Assembly (NCBI GenBank): GCA_942493095.1
Contig: OW818675.1
Location: forward strand, 1,380,001-1,412,000
Direction of reading: 5' to 3'
Source of the DNA: Candidatus Electronema halotolerans
Lineage (GTDB): Bacteria > Desulfobacterota > Desulfobulbia > Desulfobulbales > Desulfobulbaceae
DNA: 32,000 nucleotides
Positions 1 through 9,114 of the stretch are shown here, in pieces (the stretch's first letter is position 1; each line of letters opens with the position of its first letter). The notes beneath the pieces were generated by a model, which had not been told where the DNA came from, did no database searches, and saw only the letters and a program-made list of their open reading frames with translations. A program made the translations under genes and the position numbers.

Positions 1-129
1 ATATCCAGCCTTTTTTCGTTGACGGCGAAATGGTTTTCCTGCCGTGGGCCGCAGCAGTGCCGACAATGCTCGGAAGGAATAATAAACACGCTGAGAGCAA
101 GGCCAAAATTTGTAATTTTTTCATCATCA

Positions 130-924
130 TCACAATATGATTCGGTCTCCGGCGACCGGCAGCAGGGCTTGGGGAACAGTTCGGATTTTCTCCTCAATGG
201 CAGGCAGTTCGTTGCGCCGCAGTTCATGATCCAGATGCACCAAGGCAATCTGGCCCAGCTCCAGCTCTTCCGTCAACTGCAAGGTGCTGGTGACAGAGCC
301 GTGATAGGGAAAGGTGTCCACCATGCTGAAGGACTCATGAATGACAAAATCAGTGCCTTGGATCAGCTCCCGCGCATGGCGGCCCGCCCGCCCGTCACCG
401 CTGTAGTAGAGCCGGTGCTGGCCGTCGTCCAGCCGCAGGCCCAGATTGTACTGCGAATGCTGCGTCAGCGCAGCGGCCCAGTCCAGTCCGGCCAGCGAAA
501 TGCTCTCTTGGGCGTGAAGAAGGTGAAATTCAAAGCTGAAGCTGAGTTTTCGCTCAAAGGTGGGATAGGCTAAATCCAGCACCTGCCTGACCTTGCTTTC
601 AATGCCCTTCTGGCCGATGATGGTCAGCGGTCTGGTTCTGCCAAGCTGCCAGAAACGGAGGAAGAGGAGGGGCAGGCCAAGGAAATGATCGCCGTGAAAA
701 TGGGAAATCCAAACTATGTCAAGCTGTTCCGGCTGGTCAACCGTACGGAAATACTGATGCGCCACTGAAAAGCCGCAGTCGAGCAGGATTCTGAGTCCAT
801 TGTTGGTTGTGATCAGCGAGGAGCTGTTGCCGTGCGCGGTGTCACAGGCCTCCCCGACGCCGAGAAAGAAAATTTCCACCGTAGCTGCTCCCGATACTTT
901 TTTTCTTGCAAATAGTTCTTGCAA
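130..924 (-). CDS. MBL-fold metallo-hydrolase (RNase Z / beta-lactamase-fold family)
   Basis: 264-aa ORF with the HxHxDH zinc motif as ISHFHGDH, an N-terminal FFLGVGEA..HGNSS strand-turn, and later metal-ligand-like D/H positions (YYSGDG, VIHESF, VHLDHE). The ORF-track start at 924 is a TTG. A GTG at 879 preceded by GGGAG is an equally plausible start. Confidence 0.75.
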   Translation of the reverse strand: MQELFARKKVSGAATVEIFFLGVGEACDTAHGNSSSLITTNNGLRILLDCGFSVAHQYFRTVDQPEQLDIVWISHFHGDHFLGLPLLFLRFWQLGRTRPLTIIGQKGIESKVRQVLDLAYPTFERKLSFSFEFHLLHAQESISLAGLDWAAALTQHSQYNLGLRLDDGQHRLYYSGDGRAGRHARELIQGTDFVIHESFSMVDTFPYHGSVTSTLQLTEELELGQIALVHLDHELRRNELPAIEEKIRTVPQALLPVAGDRIIL

Positions 925-931
925 GTTGCAC

Positions 932-1237
932 TTAATTAAAAGTGGGTGTATCTACCACTATTGTTTTCACTAAAAAATTGAAAGCACCTGTTCTGTCCTG
1001 ACAAACTCTTGACCCATCGACAAGCTTAATGGTCTTTGCGCTACCAAGCTTGTCGTTCACTACACCAGTTTGAGGATGTGTCTTGCTGGTGTATTCTTCT
1101 GTGTTTATTACTACTCGACAACCTTTTTTAAAAGCAATCCATTCAAGGCGTTTGCGGAACTTGTAGAAAAAAATTCCCATCATTACTCTTATAGCGATTA
1201 CGGGTTGAGTGGCTATCAGATTCCTTTGCCTTGTCAA
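932..1237 (-). pseudogene. 5'-truncated, decayed TnpB/OrfB-type (IS200/IS605 or IS607 family) transposase-associated nuclease remnant
   Basis: The 101-aa ORF matches only the C-terminal TnpB pattern: FYKFRKRLEWIAFKKGCRVVINTEEYTSKT ... DRTGAFNFLVK. The expected pattern is F..L.YKA...G..v..v.E.YTS..C..CG ... DRD.NAA.NI. The zinc-finger cysteines are replaced (KTHPQTG), the last RuvC Asp is lost (DRT instead of DRD), the N-terminal two thirds are absent, and an in-frame stop lies just upstream. The region is AT-rich compared with its neighbours. Confidence 0.5.
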
Positions 1238-1445
1238 AAGTTTTATGTATATAAATTCAATATGTTATACAGGTAACAACATAGCGGACTGATTGCCGTG
1301 AGACGCATAACTGCTATAGTAGTCAACTGTTGTCAACCTTGCAGGACTGACCCGTTGCCAAAGGCATGATGCTTCTGTTTACTTCCTGTTTACTATAGGT
1401 GTTTTTAGCTGCCGAAGCAAGCCGCTTTCGCAGAGAAAAAAATAA

Positions 1446-2036
1446 TCAGGCGCGGAGCGGCAGAACGAATTTGTCCGGCTCCGCCTGTCCGGCGAGCTGT
1501 TCAGGAGGAAAGTTCACAAAGGAAAACAGATGGTTTTCCAGTTCACCGCATTTGCGGAAGTTGTCCCGGATGCCCTGCTGCCTGCGCGCATCGCCGCCGC
1601 TGTATTTCTCCAAAATGTAGTCCAGCCGTTCCGGCAGACTGACAATCTTGTCATGCAGGACCCGCTTGTCCGCATAATAGACAATCTCTTGGGCGGAGAA
1701 AATGCCCTGCTGATACCGCGCCGGAGCAAAATCCGAGAGGATGACATGCGCGGCGACAATCTCGGCAATTTCCGGCAAGCCCAGACTGCGGCAGAGTTCC
1801 GCCCCAGCCTTGGCATGGTTGCAGCCGCTTTTCAGGCAGGGGGTTTTGGCAATGTCATGCAGGAGCGCGCCGCTGATGCAGAGCTGAAGATCAGGCGGCT
1901 GGCGGCTGGTTTTGCCCAGCTCCTCAGCCAGCAGGGCGGCCACGCGGGCGACGACAAAGGAATGCTCGCGGATATTGGCCAGCATTCCGTGCTCTTCCAT
2001 CAGGGCGGCGCAGGCGGCAATGTCTGGGAACTTCAT
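1446..2036 (-). CDS. HD-domain (HDIG-type) metal-dependent phosphohydrolase
   Basis: 196-aa ORF with H..(n)..HD signature residues (GALLHDIAK, then AAHV and YYADK downstream). The start ATG (2036..2034) overlaps the hemE stop (2035..2033) as ATGA, which implies translational coupling. Confidence 0.8.
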   Translation of the reverse strand: MKFPDIAACAALMEEHGMLANIREHSFVVARVAALLAEELGKTSRQPPDLQLCISGALLHDIAKTPCLKSGCNHAKAGAELCRSLGLPEIAEIVAAHVILSDFAPARYQQGIFSAQEIVYYADKRVLHDKIVSLPERLDYILEKYSGGDARRQQGIRDNFRKCGELENHLFSFVNFPPEQLAGQAEPDKFVLPLRA

Positions 2037-3064
2037 GCGCGGCTGCTGAGACGATGCACGGCCTCGACCGCGATTTTCACCTGATCCGGCGGGGTTTGCG
2101 GCAGGATGCCATGACCAAGGTTGAAAATATGGCCTTTGGCCTCTTTTGCCTCAGCCAGAATCAGGGCGATGCGCTTTTCCAGCTCTTGTTTGGGAAGAAA
2201 GAGGGCGATGGGATCAAGATTGCCTTGCAGGACATGATTGCCCGCCCGCCGGGCCGCCTCATCCAAGGGCAGCCGCCAGTCCAGACCCAGCACATCAGCG
2301 CCGGAAGTTTTGCTTGCTTCCAGCAGGGTTGCGCCGTTGTTGGCAAAGTAGATGATCGGCACATCGGTCATCTGGCGAAGATCAGCAATAATAGACTGCA
2401 CATAAGGCAGAGCGAAACGATTAAAATCATAGGGAGCCAGCACCCCGGCCCACGAGTCAAATATCTGCAGGGCCTGCGCCCCGGCCCGCGCCTGCGCCTG
2501 CAAATAAAGGCTGGTGCAGCGGGTGATTTTTTCCAATAAGGCATGATACAGAGCTGGCTCCTGATAGGCCATCCGCTTGGTTTCCAAAAAGACCTTGGAC
2601 GAGCCGCCTTCGATCAGATAGGTGGCCAAGGTGAAAGGCGCGCCGGAAAAACCGATCAGCGGCACCTTGAGAGCGCGGCGCAGCAGTTTGATGGTTTCCA
2701 AGACAAAGGGCAGGTCGTGTTCCGGCTCAGGGATGCGCAATCCTTCAACCGCCGCCTGCGTCCGCACCGGATCAGGAAAGACAGGCCCCCGGTTCTCGTG
2801 GAATTCCAGCTTCAACCCCATTGCCTCCATCGGGATGAGGATGTCGGAAAAAAGGATGGCTGCGTCAAAACCGAAAATATCCACTGGCTGAAGTGTGACT
2901 TCAGTGCAGAGTTCCGGCCTTTTGCACAACTCCAGAAAACTGACTTTACCGCGCACGGCCTGATATTCCGGCAGATAGCGACCAGCTTGGCGCATGAACC
3001 AGACCGGCGTGTATTCGGTTTGCTCGCCTCGGCAGGCTTTGAGAAAAGTATCGTTCATTTGCAT
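2033..3064 (-). CDS. hemE: uroporphyrinogen decarboxylase
   Basis: 343 aa. The N-terminus FLKACRGEQTEYTPVWFMRQAGRYLPEY is the canonical HemE signature (PVW.MRQAGRY). Length and later motifs (FDSWAG, LGHGI) fit. The true start may be the second Met (3058). Confidence 0.95.
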   Translation of the reverse strand: MQMNDTFLKACRGEQTEYTPVWFMRQAGRYLPEYQAVRGKVSFLELCKRPELCTEVTLQPVDIFGFDAAILFSDILIPMEAMGLKLEFHENRGPVFPDPVRTQAAVEGLRIPEPEHDLPFVLETIKLLRRALKVPLIGFSGAPFTLATYLIEGGSSKVFLETKRMAYQEPALYHALLEKITRCTSLYLQAQARAGAQALQIFDSWAGVLAPYDFNRFALPYVQSIIADLRQMTDVPIIYFANNGATLLEASKTSGADVLGLDWRLPLDEAARRAGNHVLQGNLDPIALFLPKQELEKRIALILAEAKEAKGHIFNLGHGILPQTPPDQVKIAVEAVHRLSSRA

Positions 3065-3078
3065 TAGCTTCAGAGAAA

Positions 3079-3588
3079 TCAGGAACCAAACAGCCCGGCA
3101 ACCGCATTTTCGGCAATTTTTGAAACAAGCGGATGCTCAAAAAAATTGCGAAAGAGAGTCTTTGCCTCTTCCTTTTCCTGCGGGGTTGCATCTGAAGATT
3201 CAATAGCTTTTATTAGCCATAAAAAGGTTAATCTATTATTATTGCAAGTAATATGATCTCCACCTTTTGATCCTGTGGCTGATTCCGTGTTTCTGTGTCG
3301 ATTAAATTCCACATTGATGACAGGATTTACTGCTCCTTCAACAACATCAATTCCTAATGTACTGATTCTTCCTGTGCCTTGAAAGGTGAATTCCGAATGT
3401 TTAAGACCTGATTTGATAGGTTGCCAATCAAGAAGATTTTTCTCGCTTAACTGATCACATATCTGCAATATATCTTGCTCAGTAACTTCAACGCCAAGCT
3501 CGACGGATTTTGGCGAAGGCAAAGAATGTTCACGCCGCCGTTCGTAAAAGTACTGAAGAATATAGCCTCTCAGCTCACTGTCTCTCAT
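3079..3588 (-). CDS. hypothetical protein (possible N-terminal winged-helix-like module), lower GC than its neighbours
   Basis: 169-aa ORF with a good AAGGAG Shine-Dalgarno about 8 nt upstream of the ATG at 3588. It ends 14 nt before hemE on the same strand. I recognise no family. The central part of the gene is clearly AT-rich. Confidence 0.6.
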   Translation of the reverse strand: MRDSELRGYILQYFYERRREHSLPSPKSVELGVEVTEQDILQICDQLSEKNLLDWQPIKSGLKHSEFTFQGTGRISTLGIDVVEGAVNPVINVEFNRHRNTESATGSKGGDHITCNNNRLTFLWLIKAIESSDATPQEKEEAKTLFRNFFEHPLVSKIAENAVAGLFGS

Positions 3589-3961
3589 GTAATTTCAGCT
3601 CCTTGGCTGATACGCGCAAAACGGCTCCTGCGCTAAATAGTCGCGCAGACCGCGCAATCTCTGTTTTCCTGCTCAGGATGCTCAAACGTTTTTCATAGAT
3701 TGGCTCTGCAACGATGGAAGATGATTCCGTTCCTGTGTATTCTCTGGATTCCATTCGTATTTCACAGATTGTTTGTACATGATTTGCATGGACAAAGCAA
3801 GGTAAAAAAGGCTGAAGCGGTTAAGCGGGGCCGAAACCACGGACATTCGGCTTTGCTCAGGCCGAACTGCCGCCACGCCTTTGTCCATTTTGGGGACAAT
3901 GGCACTTGTATTTTTGTTACAAACGTTTCATTTTTGAAATAAAATCACGAAATGTCTATTG

Positions 3962-3983
3962 TTTACAACAATATTGTTATAAA
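3962..3983. promoter_or_regulatory. 22-bp near-perfect palindrome, candidate regulator binding site upstream of glnB-amt
   Basis: The sequence is TTTACAACAAT/ATTGTTATAAA, with 10 of 11 positions symmetric. It lies about 90 nt upstream of the sigma-54 promoter at 4071. Confidence 0.35.
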
Positions 3984-4070
3984 ACTTACTCGAAAACTGG
4001 CACGATGCTTCAAGTAAAAAGAGCGATTGTTCAAAGAGATGCTCATGCTTCTGTTCAAAATCGACGCTCA

Positions 4071-4086
4071 TGGCACGAAGGTTGCA
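4071..4086 (+). promoter_or_regulatory. sigma-54 (RpoN) -24/-12 promoter for glnB-amt
   Basis: TGGCACGAAGGTTGCA matches the TGGCAC-N5-TTGCA consensus exactly, with GG (4072-4073) and GC (4084-4085) separated by 10 nt. It lies about 80 nt upstream of the glnB GTG, and a nitrogen-regulated operon is the classical context. Confidence 0.7.
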
Positions 4087-4150
4087 TGCTCGTTTGTAAG
4101 AATTGCATCAAAGATGTTTCAACGCACTAATCAGAGAAACGAAGGACTGA

Positions 4151-4504
<354 letters not shown>

Positions 4505-4538
4505 CAACCAAGAGAATATGCAACGAGGGAGAAAGGAG

Positions 4539-5837
4539 ATGAAGAAAAGGAATTTGCTGACCGGAGCCGCACTTGCTCTGCTGCTGCTGCCAAGCCTTGC
4601 CGGGGCTGCTGATGAACCGACAGCCAAAGCGGTGCAGACCAATCTTGACTATATCTGGACACTGGTTGCCGCAGCCTTGGTCTTTTTCATGCAGGCCGGA
4701 TTTGCGATGGTGGAAACCGGCTTCACCCGGGCCAAAAATGCGGTCAACATCATGATGAAGAACCTGATGGATTTTGCTATGGGTTCTCTTTTCTTCTGGG
4801 CCATCGGCTTTGGCCTGATGTTCGGCACCAGCACAGGCTTTTTTGGCACAGACGGCTTTTTCCTGAGCGATTTCAAAGTCGGCGGCGATCCGTGGGTGCT
4901 GGCCTTCTGGATGTTCCAGTGCGTGTTTGCCGCCACTGCCGCCACCATCGTTTCCGGGGCAATGGCGGAACGGACCAAATTCACCAGCTACCTGATCTAC
5001 AGTGCCACGCTCTGCGCCTTCATCTATCCAATTTTTGGCAGCTGGGCATGGGGCGGCCTGTTCCACGGCGGCGGCTGGCTGGAAAAGATGGGTTTCATTG
5101 ACTTTGCCGGTTCCACAGTCGTGCATTCCATCGGCGGCTGGGCTTCTTTGGCCGGAGCCATCGTCATCGGGCCTCGGATTGGCAAGTACGGCAAAAACGG
5201 CGAGGTAAAGGCGATTCCTGGTCACAACATTCCAATGGCCGCCTTGGGCGTGTTCATCCTCTGGATCGGCTGGTTCGGTTTCAACCCTGGCTCAACCACA
5301 GCAGGCAACACCGACACCGCCATGATTTTCGTCAACACCAACTTGGCCGCCTGCGCAGGCTGCGTTGCTGGCATGATCACCTCATGGATTCTGTTCAAAA
5401 AGCCGGACATCAGCATGAGCCTGAACGGCGCGCTGGCCGGTCTGGTCGGCATCACCGCAGGCTGCGCCAATGTCAGCCCGACCAGCTCAATCATTATCGG
5501 CGCGATTGCCGGGGTGCTGGTAGTTTTCTCGGTTATCACTATTGACCGGATGCACATTGATGACCCGGTCGGTGCAGTGTCTGTGCATGGTGTCTGCGGC
5601 GCATGGGGCACCTTGGCGGCTGGCCTCTTCAACATCGAAGGTCTGAGCTTTACAATTGTCAGCACGCAGGTTGTCGGCATTGTTGCAGCCTTTGTCTGGT
5701 CATTTGGCTGCGCCTTCATTCTCTTCAAGACACTCAAGGCCACGGTCGGTCTGCGGGTCACAGAAGAAGAGGAAGTCGAAGGGCTTGACTACGGCGAGCA
5801 TGGCTCTCATGCTTACGCGGACTTCCTGACTAAATAA
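4539..5837 (+). CDS. amt: ammonium transporter (Amt family) with cleavable signal peptide
   Basis: Amt signature stretches are present: AAALVFFMQAGFAMVETG, DFAGSTVVH, WFGFNPGS, VHGVCGAWG. The predicted signal peptide is MKKRNLLTGAALALLLLPSLAGAA. The ORF-track start at 4386 overlaps glnB and encodes Ala/Arg-rich junk. I place the start at ATG 4539 (GAGGGAG upstream), with ATG 4518 as the alternative. Confidence 0.92.
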   Translation: MKKRNLLTGAALALLLLPSLAGAADEPTAKAVQTNLDYIWTLVAAALVFFMQAGFAMVETGFTRAKNAVNIMMKNLMDFAMGSLFFWAIGFGLMFGTSTGFFGTDGFFLSDFKVGGDPWVLAFWMFQCVFAATAATIVSGAMAERTKFTSYLIYSATLCAFIYPIFGSWAWGGLFHGGGWLEKMGFIDFAGSTVVHSIGGWASLAGAIVIGPRIGKYGKNGEVKAIPGHNIPMAALGVFILWIGWFGFNPGSTTAGNTDTAMIFVNTNLAACAGCVAGMITSWILFKKPDISMSLNGALAGLVGITAGCANVSPTSSIIIGAIAGVLVVFSVITIDRMHIDDPVGAVSVHGVCGAWGTLAAGLFNIEGLSFTIVSTQVVGIVAAFVWSFGCAFILFKTLKATVGLRVTEEEEVEGLDYGEHGSHAYADFLTK

Positions 5838-5860
5838 GCACAGCGTTAAAAGCAGGGGGG

Positions 5861-5902
5861 GAAGCGGGGGCAGCCTGTCTCAGGTCTGCTCCCGCTTTTT
5901 TT
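5861..5902 (+). terminator. rho-independent terminator after amt
   Basis: Stem GAAGCGGGGGCAG / CTGCTCCCGCTT with a 12-nt loop, followed by a run of seven T, about 25 nt after the amt stop codon. Confidence 0.7.
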
Positions 5903-5919
5903 GTGCAACAGAAACTGAT

Positions 5920-5950
5920 GCCGCATCCTGAGCTTGCCAAAGGATGCGGC
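5920..5950. repeat. perfect 10-bp inverted repeat (hairpin) between the two amt operons
   Basis: GCCGCATCCT-N11-AGGATGCGGC. Neither strand has a flanking T-tract, so it is not an obvious terminator. Confidence 0.5.
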
Positions 5951-5974
5951 GTAGATTATTCTGCTTCTGTTACA

Positions 5975-6002
5975 TTGACACATTATGACATTTTTGTATT
6001 TT
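5975..6002 (+). promoter_or_regulatory. possible sigma-70-type promoter for amt-glnK
   Basis: TTGACA (5975-5980), a 16-nt spacer, then TATTTT (5997-6002). It would give a leader of about 200 nt before the amt ATG at 6215. This is a weak, sequence-only call. Confidence 0.3.
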
Positions 6003-6214
6003 CTTGGAATTTTTTATTTCAAAATAGTTGTCCTGCGGTCGCTGGCTTTTGCTGAAAAGGCTGAACTGCCTGTCCAACATGCTGATTTTACCGCCCATCA
6101 GAAAGTGAAACACAAAAACGGCATAAACTTTGCTTTTCTGTACAGAAAGTAAACGAACAGGCTGGCTCGGCATCCTGTTCTGCAACCAAGAATCAACGGA
6201 GGGATAGAAAGACG

Positions 6215-7817
<1,603 letters not shown>

Positions 7818-7840
7818 CAAGGAAATCATAACATTCAGCA

Positions 7841-7876
7841 AGCCCGCTGCCGGTTCTGGCAAGCGGGCTTTTTTTG
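7841..7876 (+). terminator. rho-independent terminator after glnK
   Basis: Stem AGCCCGCTGCC / GGCAAGCGGGCT with one bulge, followed by a run of seven T. Confidence 0.7.
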
Positions 7877-8001
7877 CGCCATCATGATGAAAAGACTTGC
7901 AGTATGCAGCAATGCGGTTTATTATTTTTTTCACTTGTCAGCAGGCTGCTTGCTGAACAGTGATTACGTGTAAAAACAAATGCCTACATGGGAGTTATCA
8001 A

Positions 8002-8538
8002 ATGAAAAAGGTAATTGGAATAGCTATTTTCTGTCTTGCGGCTTTTCTGCTGTCAATGAACACGGCATACGCTCAAGAAGGCAAGAAAGTTAATCCTGAT
8101 TGGGAAAAAAAATATACGTATCATTATGATTATAAAGATCGTGGGCCAGTAACTGTAAAACTCCTATCAGCTCAAGTCAAAGAAGGTAAGTTGATACTTG
8201 ATATATTGATTCATAATAAAGATAAATACACATATTCATGTGTATGGTTTAATACATCTAAAGATGCTGTGCATATTGATGATGAATTAGGAAATATATA
8301 CAAAGGTGGAAGATTCACACTCATTCCAATGGATAATAAATTTGCTCCAAATCAGAGAAAGAGACTTAAAGTTGAACTACAAGAACCTGATAAAGAAATC
8401 AAATTTGTTAATGTCCACCTTGGATTCAGTGTTAAATATGTAAGTAGTAAACCACAAGAAAGATGCGGTGATTCAATAATTGGAGGAGGTGAATTAAATT
8501 TTCATCAAGCAGACTGGGATATTAGTGCGTTGCGTTAA
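8002..8538 (+). CDS. hypothetical secreted protein (signal peptide; possibly a beta-sandwich domain)
   Basis: I prefer the start at ATG 8002 (GGGAG upstream) over the ORF-track start at 7960. The N-terminus MKKVIGIAIFCLAAFLLSMNTAYAQEG looks like a Sec signal with an AYA/Q cleavage site. GC is about 30-43% in the sampled 60-nt blocks, against roughly 58% in flanking genes. The pattern of alternating strands plus DDELGNIY is reminiscent of DUF4352-like folds, but that is only an impression. Confidence 0.6.
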   Translation: MKKVIGIAIFCLAAFLLSMNTAYAQEGKKVNPDWEKKYTYHYDYKDRGPVTVKLLSAQVKEGKLILDILIHNKDKYTYSCVWFNTSKDAVHIDDELGNIYKGGRFTLIPMDNKFAPNQRKRLKVELQEPDKEIKFVNVHLGFSVKYVSSKPQERCGDSIIGGGELNFHQADWDISALR

Positions 8539-8543
8539 AAACG

Positions 8544-9110
8544 ATGCAAGAAGGTGCTTTTAAAATAGTAACTACCGTTATAGCAATTATCGCTGTAATT
8601 GTAGCGTATTGTGCATGGCGTTATCCTGTATCGCCTGAAAGGCCGTCTCTGCCGTCCCCGTCCCCTGTTGCAAAAGAAAATACTCTGGAATCAATCAACA
8701 GGTTTGACAAGCACCCTCTTTACACAATCAGTTCTGGCGCAGCCCTTCAAGTCAGGCAAGATGTTTATCTTCCTGCGCACAAAGATATTTTGTATATTCA
8801 GAAAGGAAAATTCATTTTAAGCAAGGAGGATGTGGACGAATATGATTACGTTGTGATCTTGAAATTTAAAAAGTCTGACAAAACAAAAAAGATTGCTTCT
8901 GGGAAGCATCTGGAAATTACTGTAGGCAGACGCGGCCCTGAAGAGAGAGAATACAGACATGCGTATGTTTATCTAAAAGTTGACAACGAAGATATTGATT
9001 ATCTCAAATGCTTAGGGAAAAATAGTTCAGAGCAGATCACCATAGGTCAGTTCAGAAATGTTATGAAAGGGATAATTGATGTGAACATTCCTGCTCCGAA
9101 GGAAATTTAG
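8544..9110 (+). CDS. hypothetical membrane-anchored protein (single N-terminal TM helix, Pro/Ser linker)
   Basis: 188-aa ORF starting 5 nt after the previous stop. It has the TM segment IVTTVIAIIAVIVAYCAW, then PERPSLPSPSPV, then a Lys/Glu-rich globular part. It shares the low-GC composition of its neighbour. I recognise no family. Confidence 0.6.
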   Translation: MQEGAFKIVTTVIAIIAVIVAYCAWRYPVSPERPSLPSPSPVAKENTLESINRFDKHPLYTISSGAALQVRQDVYLPAHKDILYIQKGKFILSKEDVDEYDYVVILKFKKSDKTKKIASGKHLEITVGRRGPEEREYRHAYVYLKVDNEDIDYLKCLGKNSSEQITIGQFRNVMKGIIDVNIPAPKEI

Positions 9111-9114
9111 TCTC

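Noticed and set aside
19-573. 184-aa plus-strand ORF at the left edge
   Set aside because: It is antisense to the MBL-fold hydrolase gene, which has the HxHxDH motif. Its own translation has no recognisable features.
1399-1445. Hairpin-like sequence CTGCCGAAGC...GCTTTCGCAG next to an A-run as terminator of the HD-domain gene
   Set aside because: For the minus-strand gene the U-tract would precede rather than follow the stem. The stem is short and mismatched. It is not a convincing terminator on either strand.
3899-4012. Two additional TGGCAC hexamers (about 3900 and 3998) as independent sigma-54 promoters
   Set aside because: Both lack the GC dinucleotide at the -12 position (TTTT and TTCA instead of TTGC). 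They are reported only as a curiosity next to the genuine site at 4071.
3682-4130. Small ORFs in the glnB upstream spacer (3682..3888 minus, 3700..3942 plus, 3906..4130 plus, 4027..4230 plus)
   Set aside because: They have no ribosome-binding sites, they overlap one another, and their composition is AT-rich and low-complexity. The region is better explained as a regulatory spacer containing the sigma-54 promoter.
6163-6184. Sigma-54-like sequence CTGGCTCGGCATCCTGTTCTGCA upstream of the second amt
   Set aside because: The best GG...GC pairing has an 11-nt spacer instead of the strict 10 nt. The implied start site would fall inside the ribosome-binding site. I do not count it as a promoter.
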